A DNA stretch of 64,000 nucleotides from Rhodospirillaceae bacterium. GTDB taxonomy: Bacteria > Pseudomonadota > Gammaproteobacteria > Steroidobacterales > Rariloculaceae. Positions 47,457-58,052 of this stretch are shown here, piece by piece. The position numbers and the translations under genes are program-made. The notes beneath the pieces were generated by a model that saw only the letters and a list, made by a program, of their open reading frames with translations, was not told the origin of the DNA and ran no database searches. Position 1 is the first letter of the stretch, and every line of letters begins with the position of its first letter. The DNA lies in NCBI GenBank assembly GCA_024640685.1, contig JAHEEN010000001.1, positions 16,418-80,417 on the forward strand, written 5' to 3'.

Positions 47457-48371
47457 TCAGCCGCCGAAGCGTGGCTCGGGAACCCCGCGAATGCCTAGCC
47501 CCGAGATCTTGAACAACGTTCCGGCGCCAAATTGCGGCTTTACATCCACGCGGAATCGATCGTGCACGGCCGGATGCTTGACGCGCGCCATCGACGTCAC
47601 ATAGATCTCGTCGAGCCCGTCACCGCCGAACATCACCGACGTGACGTTACGGACCGGCATTCCGATACGCCGCTCGACACGGCCTTCGGGATCATAGCGG
47701 ACGAGATCGCCGGAGATGAGCTCTGCATTCCACAGGCAGCCCTCGGCGTCGATCGTCGAGCCGTCCGGCACGCCCAGCACCGACTTCGTATCTGCGAACA
47801 CGCGCCGATTGGAAATAGTGCCGGTCTCGATGTCGTAGTCGTAGGCCCAAAACTCGTCGACGAACGTATCGGCGACGTAGAACGTCTTGTCGTCGGGGCT
47901 CCAGCACGGGCCGTTCGTGCAGATAATGCCATCGCCGAGCTTCGTGATCGATAGATCGGGGTCGAGCCGCCAGAGCCCGCAGATCGCGAGTTCTTCTTTG
48001 TCGTCCATGCCGCCGGCGACAAAGCGGCCGCGGCGATCGACCTTGCCGTCGTTGAGCCGCGAGCGGGGCTGCTCGGCGTCGACGAGGCCGATTAGCTCGA
48101 GTGCCTCGCTGTCAGGGTTGAAGAAGTAAAAGCCGTCATCGAGCGCGAGGGCCAGCGTGCCGTCATCGCGCACGGCCAGCGCGCCGATGTCCCGATCGAG
48201 GTGCCAGTGATCGACCCGTCCGGTGCGAGGCTTAAGCCGCCATAGCGACGGGTTGCCGACCCGCCGGCCCGTGCCGTCGAGCCACCACAACGTGCTGGTT
48301 GCGGTGTCCCACACGGGCCCTTCGCCTAAGTGGTTTCCACAATCGACTACCGCTTCGATTCGATATGTCAT
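47457..48371 (-). CDS. SMP-30/gluconolactonase/LRE-like lactonase family protein
   Basis: 304 aa. LGEGPVWDTATSTLWWLD, RLNDGKVDRRGRF, CTNGPCWSPD and PDGSTIDAEGCLWNA indicate a six-bladed propeller lactonase pattern. Confidence 0.85.
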   Translation of the reverse strand: MTYRIEAVVDCGNHLGEGPVWDTATSTLWWLDGTGRRVGNPSLWRLKPRTGRVDHWHLDRDIGALAVRDDGTLALALDDGFYFFNPDSEALELIGLVDAEQPRSRLNDGKVDRRGRFVAGGMDDKEELAICGLWRLDPDLSITKLGDGIICTNGPCWSPDDKTFYVADTFVDEFWAYDYDIETGTISNRRVFADTKSVLGVPDGSTIDAEGCLWNAELISGDLVRYDPEGRVERRIGMPVRNVTSVMFGGDGLDEIYVTSMARVKHPAVHDRFRVDVKPQFGAGTLFKISGLGIRGVPEPRFGG

Positions 48372-48521
48372 CTTTCCTTCGCTTTCGCGGGGCTGGCAGA
48401 GGACTTTACCGCGCCGGCCGCTTCGGTTGAATTGCGATCGACGCGGTGCGGCCGATGCGCTTGCCTCGCTAGCGGCGATACGCGAGACTTTTGGTCAACA
48501 TACTACTCGGGCGAGGGATCG

Positions 48522-48980
48522 ATGATGCGACGATTTCAACCAGGCGGCTCGACGCGGCGCATGCCGCTGGTGTTTGCCGCAGCACTGCTGACGTCCATGA
48601 CCGGAACCAGCTTGGCGCATCACGGCGACGCGGGTCGTTTCGAGGAGGTCACGATTACGCTGACCGGAACGGTTGTCGCGCTGCAGCTCATCAATCCGCA
48701 TTCGACGATGGTCGTCGACGTTCAGGACGAAGCGGGACAGACAGTGCGCTGGCAGGCGGAGTTCACGGGCGGTGCGAATCTGGCCCGGAGCCATGGTTGG
48801 ACGCGAGAGACCCTGCAACCCGGGGATCAGATCACGATGACCGGACGGCCGTTGAAGAGCGGGCAGCCTTACATCAATCTGAGCGAGCGCGCGCGGATTC
48901 TGCGCACCGCGACCTGCGAAGAGATCTTCCGCTCGACTTCCGATCCCGACGGCCCGCCCGAAGGCCCGAATTGCCGCTGA
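48522..48980 (+). CDS. small secreted DUF6152-like protein (paralog 3; close copy of 956..1393)
   Basis: MMRRFQPGGSTRRMPLVFAAALLTSMTGTSLA then HHGDAGRFEEVTITLTGTVVALQLINPHS...VRWQAE...GWTRETLQPGD...YINLSERA...CEE...C. The internal ATG of track ORF 48330..48980 is used, preceded by GGCGAGG. Confidence 0.75.
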   Translation: MMRRFQPGGSTRRMPLVFAAALLTSMTGTSLAHHGDAGRFEEVTITLTGTVVALQLINPHSTMVVDVQDEAGQTVRWQAEFTGGANLARSHGWTRETLQPGDQITMTGRPLKSGQPYINLSERARILRTATCEEIFRSTSDPDGPPEGPNCR

Positions 48981-49271
48981 TCCCACGGAGCCGCGCGCGG
49001 CGTTCGAGTCGCCCAAACTCGCGCGCCCTTATGTCATTTTGAGCTGGCAGATCGGCTGCCCGCAGGTAGTATGGGCTCATTACAACAGCAAACATGAGCC
49101 AACGAACGAGATCGGAGCTCGTAGTGAGCGACCGGTCCTGATCCTGACAAACCCGTGGGCTCGCGCCGGCTACCGACGTTGCGGATGTGCGCTGAGGCGC
49201 GCGGGTCGGCTGGCCGGTCGCAGTGCCACTGGGTTTGTCACGCGGCGAGTTACAGCTAGGGAGGGCATGTC

Positions 49272-50060
49272 ATGAAACAGCTAACACTGTTGGCAGCAGC
49301 GGCTTTGGTGGCTTGCGGCGGCAGCGGAGGCGGGGGATTCATGCCACCCGCCAACCAGCCACCGGAGAATCAACCGCCGGCCGATCAGTCTCTGAGCGGC
49401 CTCTGGGAGGGCGTGGACTCCGACGGCGATGAGGTCTTCGGCCTCGTGACCGACAGCGGCGACTTCCACGTATTCGATCAGTTTGGGCAGGGCGTCGGCA
49501 CGGCGGTGGTCAGCAACGGCGATCAAGTCAGCGCGACCTATGCCTATGCCGTGGATCTCGGCACCATGTTCCCCGACGGCAGCACGAGTGAGGCCTGCTC
49601 GGCGACCGGGACCGTCGTCGAGGGTCAGACGCTGACGGTCGACATCGACTGCTTGACGGATCAGGGCTCGGCCGTGCAAGTCTCCGCGACGCTGACCTAC
49701 AACCCGCTGTTCGACCGCAGCGCGAGCCTCGCGACGATCGCCGGCATGTATGACGACGCCGGCAACGTGTTGACGATCGATTCCACGGGCGCGCTGTTCG
49801 AACAGGATGCGACCACAGGCTGCACGCTGAACGGGCAGGTCGCCGTGATCGAGCCGTCGCACAACGTCTACGCCGTGGAGTTCACGATCGACGCCTGCAG
49901 CCCTAATCCGGACGGGCTCAATGGCACGACATGGACAGGCGTCGCCGCATTGGACGACACGGTCGCTCCGGAGGTGCTCGTCATCGGCGTCCTCGGCGAC
50001 GTGGACGTGTCCGGCGTGCCGACGACGTTCGCGCTCGGGAGAGAAGCGCCGCGCACGTAG
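49272..50060 (+). CDS. hypothetical lipoprotein
   Basis: 262 aa. MKQLTLLAAAALVAC provides a lipobox, followed by a Gly run and a PPANQPPENQPPADQ linker. The acidic body has four Cys. No recognisable domain. Confidence 0.6.
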   Translation: MKQLTLLAAAALVACGGSGGGGFMPPANQPPENQPPADQSLSGLWEGVDSDGDEVFGLVTDSGDFHVFDQFGQGVGTAVVSNGDQVSATYAYAVDLGTMFPDGSTSEACSATGTVVEGQTLTVDIDCLTDQGSAVQVSATLTYNPLFDRSASLATIAGMYDDAGNVLTIDSTGALFEQDATTGCTLNGQVAVIEPSHNVYAVEFTIDACSPNPDGLNGTTWTGVAALDDTVAPEVLVIGVLGDVDVSGVPTTFALGREAPRT

Positions 50061-50134
50061 CCCACCGGCGGCGGCGCTCTAGAGGGTAAACCGCGCGATC
50101 CTGCGACGCGCGTTCGGCGGCTTGCGCGTCGGGG

Positions 50135-50221
50135 TGGTGCCGGGAGAGAGACTTGAACTCTCACTCTGTTGCCAGAACCGGATTTTGAGTCCGGCGCGTC
50201 TACCAATTCCGCCATCCCGGC
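50135..50221 (-). tRNA. tRNA-Leu (anticodon CAA)
   Basis: The reverse complement is GCCGGGAUGGCGGAAUUGGUAGACGCGCCGGACUCAAAAUCCGGUUCUGGCAACAGAGUGAGAGUUCAAGUCUCUCUCCCGGCACCA. It is 87 nt with a 7-bp acceptor stem, anticodon loop CU-CAA-AA, a long variable arm, a GUUCAAGU T-loop and an encoded CCA. Confidence 0.95.
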
Positions 50222-50283
50222 CAGGGGCGCTAAGTTTGACACAGTCGGCCGCGGTGGAAAATCGGCGCCGCCCGCCGATTCGT

Positions 50284-50313
50284 TGCAACCATTTCCGGCC
50301 TCCGCGCATCTAA
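50284..50313 (+). promoter_or_regulatory. candidate ECF-type autoregulated promoter
   Basis: TGCAACC (50284-50290) and TCTAA (50309-50313) are spaced one nt wider than the E. coli sigma-E-type GGAACTT-N16-TCTGA layout. The element ends 20 nt upstream of the ECF sigma ATG. This is a by-eye match only. Confidence 0.25.
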
Positions 50314-50333
50314 TGCGGTAGGACGGTACAACC

Positions 50334-50909
50334 ATGGCGACGCCAATACCCGAGATCGATGCAAGCGTCATCGCCGCGGCACGCGCGGGCGATAGCCGTG
50401 CGCATGGCGAGCTCTACGAGCGCTTCGCGCCGCTCGTCTATACGCTTGCGCGCCGCATGCTCGTGTCGCAAGCGCTCGCCGAGGACGTGCTGCAGGAAAC
50501 GTTCGTCGAGGTCCTGACCAAGCTCGACAGCTTTCGTGGCGACGCCGGGTTCGGTTACTGGGTGCGCCGGATCGCCGTCAACAAGTGCCTGATGCATCTA
50601 CGCTCGAGCTGGGTCGCAAAGCGCAGCGGCGAGGAGCCGCCGGAGCAAGCCGTCAGCGACGACGGTGCAGCGCGGCTCGAGTCGCGCGCGGCGCTAGAAG
50701 GCGCGCTCGCCGAGCTGTCGCCTGTTACGCGTGCCGTCGTCTGGCTGCACGACGTCGAAGGTTACACGCATCGCGAGATCGCCGAGACGATGGGCAAGAC
50801 GACGAGTTTTTCGAAATCCCAGCTTGCGCGAGCGCACGAGCGGCTACGCGAGCTTTTGGGTCGGCACGTTGCCGACAACGGAGTGGAGCTATGCGCCCCA
50901 GTACTGTAG
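50334..50909 (+). CDS. RNA polymerase ECF-type sigma factor
   Basis: 191 aa with region 2 (LYERFAPLVYTLARRML...EDVLQETFVEV...YWVRRIAVNKCL) and region 4 (VVWLHDVEGYTHREIAETMGKTTSFSKSQLARA). Confidence 0.9.
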   Translation: MATPIPEIDASVIAAARAGDSRAHGELYERFAPLVYTLARRMLVSQALAEDVLQETFVEVLTKLDSFRGDAGFGYWVRRIAVNKCLMHLRSSWVAKRSGEEPPEQAVSDDGAARLESRAALEGALAELSPVTRAVVWLHDVEGYTHREIAETMGKTTSFSKSQLARAHERLRELLGRHVADNGVELCAPVL

Positions 50910-51574
50910 ATCTGTTGCGGATTCGCGATGGCGAGCCGGTGGACGTCGCCGTCCGCGAGGCGGTCGAAGCGGATTCGGCGTTGCAAGGCGAGCTGCGGCG
51001 ATTGACCGATTTGCGCCGCGGGCTCGAGGCACTGCCGTCGTTCGAGCCCCCGCCGACGGCGTGGGCGGCGATCGAGGCGCGCGTCTCGCAGCATCGTGTC
51101 GACGTGCATGGTGCCCGCGGCCATTGGCTGTTGCGTGGTGGTCTCGCCGCCGGCGTTGCGGTCGCCGCACTCGTGTACCTGCTGCAGTCTCAGGCGCCAC
51201 TGCCAGAGGAGCCGCAGGCCACTGTCGTCGCCGCGCCGACGAGCCAGGGCGCGCCGGCATTCGGCACGGCGACTTATGCGTCGCTGGTCGAGCAGTCCGC
51301 CGAGCTCGAGCGGGCGCTCGACGGGCTCGGCCGCCAGTCGCGCGTCGTTCGCGCCGGCACGATGGCGACCGTTGCGAGCCTCGAAGGGCGCATCGACGCG
51401 ATCGATACGCGTCTGACGTTCGCTCGACAGCTTGGATTGGAGAACGCCGCGGTCGCGTCGCTGCACCGCCAGCGCGTCGAGCTCATGAACGCGCTGCTGC
51501 AAGTGCGTTACGCCGACCAGATGCGCTACGTCGATGCGGTATCCGAATCAGATCTGCGACGCTTTGCGTATTAG
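50891..51574 (+). CDS. putative anti-sigma factor (single-pass membrane protein, no zinc-binding HxxxCxxC motif)
   Basis: MRPSTVDLLRIRDGEPVD...one TM span (LLRGGLAAGVAVAALVYLL) and then a periplasmic Ala/Arg-rich domain. It overlaps the sigma gene by 19 nt. The internal ATG of track ORF 50585..51574 is used. The assignment rests on position and topology. Confidence 0.6.
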   Translation: MRPSTVDLLRIRDGEPVDVAVREAVEADSALQGELRRLTDLRRGLEALPSFEPPPTAWAAIEARVSQHRVDVHGARGHWLLRGGLAAGVAVAALVYLLQSQAPLPEEPQATVVAAPTSQGAPAFGTATYASLVEQSAELERALDGLGRQSRVVRAGTMATVASLEGRIDAIDTRLTFARQLGLENAAVASLHRQRVELMNALLQVRYADQMRYVDAVSESDLRRFAY

Positions 51575-51621
51575 CCGCATCTACTTCGATATGAGCAATC
51601 ACGACTGATGGAGAGTTGCGC

Positions 51622-52479
51622 ATGAACACGAAACTCATTGCGTTGTTGGCGGTTGTGCTGTCGCTCGGGGCGGCCGCGACGAGCGCACAGGAAGCCGATC
51701 GCGATGCCGAGCTCGAACAAGCGCGTCAGCAGCTCGAGGAAGCTGCGCGTCGCATCGCCGCGCTGACGGCAGGCGGTGTCGAGCTCGCCGGGGACGTCGT
51801 GCGCTGGGCCGGCGGTGGGCCGCCGCGCGCCGTGCTGGGCGTCGGCATCGAGGATGACGATCAAGGTGTCCGCGTCGTTGGTGTTACGCCTGGCGGCGGC
51901 GCTGATGAGGCCGGTGTCGAGACCGGCGACATCATCACGGCGATGGACGGTGCCGTGTTAACTGCCGACAACGGCTCACCGTCCGAGGTCCTGATCGCAC
52001 AGATGCGCAACGTCGATCCGGGCGATACGGTGACGTTGACCGTGCTGCGTGACGGCGAATCCCGCGAGCTCGATGTCGCGGCGTCGGCGCCTCGCTGGGG
52101 CAACGCATCGATTCACGCCGTGCCCGGCATCATGCGTGGCGATCGCGCGGCAGCGGTCGGGCGCCCATTTCGACCGTTCGACATGCCGATGCCAGCTCAC
52201 GCCTGGGCCGATATGGAGCTTGTCGAGTTGACGCCCGGCCTCGGCGCGTACTTCGGCACTGAGACCGGCGTGCTCGTCGTGCGCGCACCCCGCGACGACA
52301 CGCTCGGGCTTCAGGACGGCGACGTCATTCTCGAGATCGGCGGACGCGAGCCCGTCGGTGTCGGCCATGCGTTACGAATCTTGGCGAGCTTCGAGCCTGG
52401 CGAGCCGTTGGAGTTGACGATCATGCGCGAGCAGCGCCGGCGCACGTTGGAAGTGGATTTTGCGGCCGACCGCGACTGA
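51622..52479 (+). CDS. periplasmic protein with two PDZ-like domains
   Basis: The ATG sits behind GGAGAG. It has a signal peptide (LLAVVLSLGAAATSAQ) and a coiled-coil-like segment. Two PDZ-like domains follow (GVRVVGVTPGGGADEAGVETGDIITAMDG; GVLVVRAPRDDTLGLQDGDVILEIGG). No protease domain is present. Confidence 0.75.
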   Translation: MNTKLIALLAVVLSLGAAATSAQEADRDAELEQARQQLEEAARRIAALTAGGVELAGDVVRWAGGGPPRAVLGVGIEDDDQGVRVVGVTPGGGADEAGVETGDIITAMDGAVLTADNGSPSEVLIAQMRNVDPGDTVTLTVLRDGESRELDVAASAPRWGNASIHAVPGIMRGDRAAAVGRPFRPFDMPMPAHAWADMELVELTPGLGAYFGTETGVLVVRAPRDDTLGLQDGDVILEIGGREPVGVGHALRILASFEPGEPLELTIMREQRRRTLEVDFAADRD

Positions 52480-52500
52480 TTTCCCCCCTGGCAGTCACTT

Positions 52501-52528
52501 GACCGGCCCTCGTGGCCGGTCTTTTTTT
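52501..52528 (+). terminator. rho-independent terminator of the ECF/PDZ operon
   Basis: GACCGGCC-cucgu-GGCCGGUC forms a perfect 8-bp stem followed by seven T. It starts 22 nt after the PDZ gene stop. Confidence 0.7.
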
Positions 52529-52661
52529 GGGGGATAAATCAGGCTCAGACCCAAATTACCGAAAATGGGGTCCGACCCCGATTGATCACCGACGCGTAAG
52601 AGGCAGCCGTCAAAGCCTGGGCCGGAGTCTCCCTCAGTTATCCGGGCTAGAATCGCCGCCC

Positions 52662-54799
<2,138 letters not shown>

Positions 54800-54916
54800 T
54801 ACGGCTCTGCGGGTCGTTTTGCAGCACAATCGTCGCGCTCCGACGCTTGGGTGGTGACGATCCTATGCCATAATAGTCCGCTAACTGACTGACTCGACAA
54901 GCGAGCGGCGACGACT

Positions 54917-55240
54917 ATGGACTTGCTGATCAGCCCGGCCTGGGCACAAGCCGGCGCACAAGCCGATCCGATCACGAGCTTTCTGCCGTTGATCATCATT
55001 TTTGTGTTGTTCTACTTTTTGCTGATTCGTCCTCAGCAAAAAAAGCAGAAGGAACATCGTCAAATGGTCGAAGCGCTCGAGGTCGGCCAAGAGATCGTGA
55101 CCGGTGGCGGGGTGCTCGGCAAGGTGACCAGCGTCGGCGAGCTGTGGGTTACAGTCGAGGTGGCCGATGGTATGTCGCTGAAAGTGCAACGCCAGACAAT
55201 TGGCGCGTTGATGCCCAAGGACACGATCAAGAACGCCTGA
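54917..55240 (+). CDS. yajC: preprotein translocase subunit YajC
   Basis: 107 aa. FLPLIIIFVLFYFLLIRPQQKKQKEHRQMVEALEVGQEIVTGGGVLGKV. Confidence 0.9.
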   Translation: MDLLISPAWAQAGAQADPITSFLPLIIIFVLFYFLLIRPQQKKQKEHRQMVEALEVGQEIVTGGGVLGKVTSVGELWVTVEVADGMSLKVQRQTIGALMPKDTIKNA

Positions 55241-55254
55241 CTGCGGACCTGGCC

Positions 55255-57117
55255 ATGAATCGCTATCCACTGTGGAAGAATTTGCTCGTCGCCGGCGTCG
55301 TCCTGTTCGGCGCGATCATCGCAGCACCCAATTTGTTCGGTGACGATCCCGCGCTGCAGATCACGCGCGAGGACGGCGCGCCACTGGCAGCGGCGACGAT
55401 CGATGTCGTCACGTCCGCGTTGGCCGCTGCCGAGATCGAATTTCTGTCGACCGAGGTCGACGGTGGCGCTGCGCTCGTCCGTTTCGGCAACGTCGAGTCG
55501 CAGCTCGCGGCGAGCACGGTCGTGCGCGAGGAGCTGCCGTTTCATGTCGTCGCACTGACACTTGCGCCACGCACGCCGGTGTTGCTGAGCGCGTTGGGCC
55601 TACAGCCGATGAGCCTCGGGCTCGATCTGCGGGGCGGCGTGCATTTTCTCTATCAGGTCGACCTCGACACGGCACTTACACAGTATCTGCAAACGTTCGA
55701 GTCCGATATTCGCGCGCGCTTGCGCGAGGCCGGCATTCGCAATCGAGTCCGAGTGAACGGCGATTTCGTCGAAGTGCCGATCGTCGATCGCGAGCAGCTC
55801 GATGCGGCAGGAGATATCGTTTATTCGTTGGACCCGCTGCTCAATATTTCGTCGGCGACGTTCGACGGCGATCCGGGATTCCGCATTGCGCTTGCGCCAA
55901 TGCAGGTAACCGAGAGACAGAATTTCGCAATTCAGCAAAATACGATCACGCTGCGCAATCGCGTCAACGAGCTCGGTGTCGCAGAGCCCGTCGTGCAGCG
56001 CCAGGGTATCGACCGCATCCTCGTGCAGTTGCCGGGCGTTCAGGATCCGTCACAGGCTGAGCGCATACTCGGTGCGACGGCGACGCTGGAGTTTCGTCTC
56101 GTCGATACCGAGAACGACCCGTTCGACGCCGAGCGCCGCGGCCGAGCGCCGCTGAACTCGATCCTGCGCTTTGACACTAGCGGCGTGCCCGTGTTGCTGC
56201 GTCGCGACGTCATCGTCTCCGGCGATCAGTTGACCGATGCGACGTTCGGCTACTCGCAGGGACAACCGGCGGTCTTCGTTCGTCTGAACAACCAGGGCGC
56301 AAACCGCATGCTCGAGGTCACGCAGGCGAATCTCAACCGGATGATGGCCGTGCTGTTCATCGAGGAGAAGCCCGAGATCATCGAGCGCGACGGCGAGCAA
56401 ATCATGCGCACGACCCGTGAGGAAACCGTCATCAATCAGGCGACGATCCGCGGCGTATTCTCGAGCCGATTCCAGATTACCGGCGTGTCGCCGTTCGAGG
56501 GTCAGGATCTCGCGTTGATGTTGCGTGCCGGCGCGCTCGCAACGCCGATCGTCAAGGTCGAGGAGCGCACGATCGGCCCTAGCCTCGGTCAAGACAACAT
56601 CGAGCGTGGCCGTAATGCCGTCGTGCTCGGTTTCTTGCTCGTCGTGATATTCATGACGTTGTACTACCGCGTCTTTGGCCTGATTGCGAACCTCGCGCTG
56701 TTTGCCAATCTGGTGCTGATCATTGCGTTGCTGTCGTTGCTGCAGGCTTCGCTGACGCTGCCTGGCATCGCCGGCATCGTGCTAACGGTCGGTATGGCCG
56801 TGGATGCGAACGTGCTGATATTCGAGCGAATCCGTGAGGAGCTGCGCAACGGCAACTCGCCACAGGCGAGTATTCGCGCTGGCTACGACAAGGCGTTCTC
56901 GACGATCGCCGATGCGAACATCACGACGTTGATCGCTGCAGTAGTGTTATTCGCGTTCGGTACCGGGCCGGTCAAGGGCTTCGCGATTACGCTGACGCTC
57001 GGAATCGTGACATCGATGTTCACTGCGATCATCGGCACGCGCGCGGTCGTCAATCTGATCTATGGCTCGCGGCAGGTCGGTAGTTTGTCGATCGGCGGGC
57101 AGGCAGCGCCGGCATGA
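55255..57117 (+). CDS. secD: protein translocase subunit SecD
   Basis: MNRYPLWKNLLVAGVVLFGAIIAAPNLFG...LGLDLRGGVHFLYQVD...TLPGIAGIVLTVGMAVDANVLIFERIREE. The internal ATG of track ORF 55144..57117 is used. Confidence 0.95.
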   Translation: MNRYPLWKNLLVAGVVLFGAIIAAPNLFGDDPALQITREDGAPLAAATIDVVTSALAAAEIEFLSTEVDGGAALVRFGNVESQLAASTVVREELPFHVVALTLAPRTPVLLSALGLQPMSLGLDLRGGVHFLYQVDLDTALTQYLQTFESDIRARLREAGIRNRVRVNGDFVEVPIVDREQLDAAGDIVYSLDPLLNISSATFDGDPGFRIALAPMQVTERQNFAIQQNTITLRNRVNELGVAEPVVQRQGIDRILVQLPGVQDPSQAERILGATATLEFRLVDTENDPFDAERRGRAPLNSILRFDTSGVPVLLRRDVIVSGDQLTDATFGYSQGQPAVFVRLNNQGANRMLEVTQANLNRMMAVLFIEEKPEIIERDGEQIMRTTREETVINQATIRGVFSSRFQITGVSPFEGQDLALMLRAGALATPIVKVEERTIGPSLGQDNIERGRNAVVLGFLLVVIFMTLYYRVFGLIANLALFANLVLIIALLSLLQASLTLPGIAGIVLTVGMAVDANVLIFERIREELRNGNSPQASIRAGYDKAFSTIADANITTLIAAVVLFAFGTGPVKGFAITLTLGIVTSMFTAIIGTRAVVNLIYGSRQVGSLSIGGQAAPA

Positions 57118-58043
57118 GCCTATTCGGCAAAACGCCGAGCTTCGATTTCATGGGCAAGCGGCGCCTCGCCGAGGTGCTGTCCGTGATTCTGATCGTCGTG
57201 TCCTTCGGCTCATTATTCATCCGCGGCTTGAACTTCGGTATCGACTTCACGGGCGGCGTATTGCTCGAGGTCGCCTACGAAGGGACTGCGGATCTCGCGG
57301 AGATCCGAGAGGTATTGACCGAAGCAGGCTTCGGCACGCCGCTCGTGCAGAACTTCGGTACCGCTGACGAGGCTCTGATTCGGTTACCGCCACAGGAAAA
57401 TCAGGACGGCGGCGAGATTCGCGACAACGTGCTCGGCGCGCTGCAGGCGAGCGACCCGACCGTCGAGCTTCGACGCATCGAATTCGTCGAATCACAGGTC
57501 GGTGAGGATCTGACCGAGCAAGGCAGCCTCGCGATGCTGATCGCGCTGATCTTGATCTTTATCTACGTGATGCTGCGTTTCCGCTGGAAGTTCGCGGCAG
57601 GCGCAATTGCGGCGCTCGTCCACGATGTCGTTCTGCTCGTCGGGTACTTCTCGGTTTTCGGGATCGGCTTCGACCTGACGATCGTCGCGGCAATCCTTGC
57701 GACGATCGGATATTCACTGAACGATACGATCGTCGTGTTCGATCGAATTCGCGAGAACTTCCGTATCATGCGACGCGGCTCGGCGGTCGACATCATCAAC
57801 ACGTCGATCAATCAGATGCTCGCACGCACGTTGATCACGGCCGTGACGACGCTGCTCGTATTGATCTCGTTGTTCGTGCTCGGTGGTGAGGCAGTGTCCG
57901 GATTTGCGCTAGCATTGATCGTCGGTATCGTCGTCGGCACGTACTCGTCGATCTACATCGCGAGCGCGCTGGCTTTGGCGCTCGACGTGTCGCCCGCGGA
58001 CCTGATGCCGGTCAAGCGCGAGGAAGTCGACGAGCTTCCATAG
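57114..58043 (+). CDS. secF: protein translocase subunit SecF
   Basis: 309 aa with GLNFGIDFTGGVLLEV and TIGYSLNDTIVVFDRIREN. It has an ATGA overlap with secD. Confidence 0.95.
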   Translation: MSLFGKTPSFDFMGKRRLAEVLSVILIVVSFGSLFIRGLNFGIDFTGGVLLEVAYEGTADLAEIREVLTEAGFGTPLVQNFGTADEALIRLPPQENQDGGEIRDNVLGALQASDPTVELRRIEFVESQVGEDLTEQGSLAMLIALILIFIYVMLRFRWKFAAGAIAALVHDVVLLVGYFSVFGIGFDLTIVAAILATIGYSLNDTIVVFDRIRENFRIMRRGSAVDIINTSINQMLARTLITAVTTLLVLISLFVLGGEAVSGFALALIVGIVVGTYSSIYIASALALALDVSPADLMPVKREEVDELP

Positions 58044-58052
58044 TCCGTCGAC

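Noticed and set aside
42773-50221. Possibility of an integrated element (tyrosine recombinase at 42773, tRNA-Leu at 50135)
   Set aside because: The recombinase has the full XerD signature and sits next to dsbC as in other proteobacteria. The genes in between are ordinary metabolic or periplasmic genes of the same composition. No direct repeat of the tRNA 3' end, no integrase next to the tRNA and no phage or transfer genes were seen.
52530-52580. REP-like hairpin CTCAGACCC-aaattaccgaaaatg-GGGTCCGAC between the terminator and queA
   Set aside because: It has only 7 of 8 paired positions and occurs once in this window. It resembles intergenic palindromic repeats of related bacteria, but I cannot show copy number here. 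It is too weak to list as a feature.
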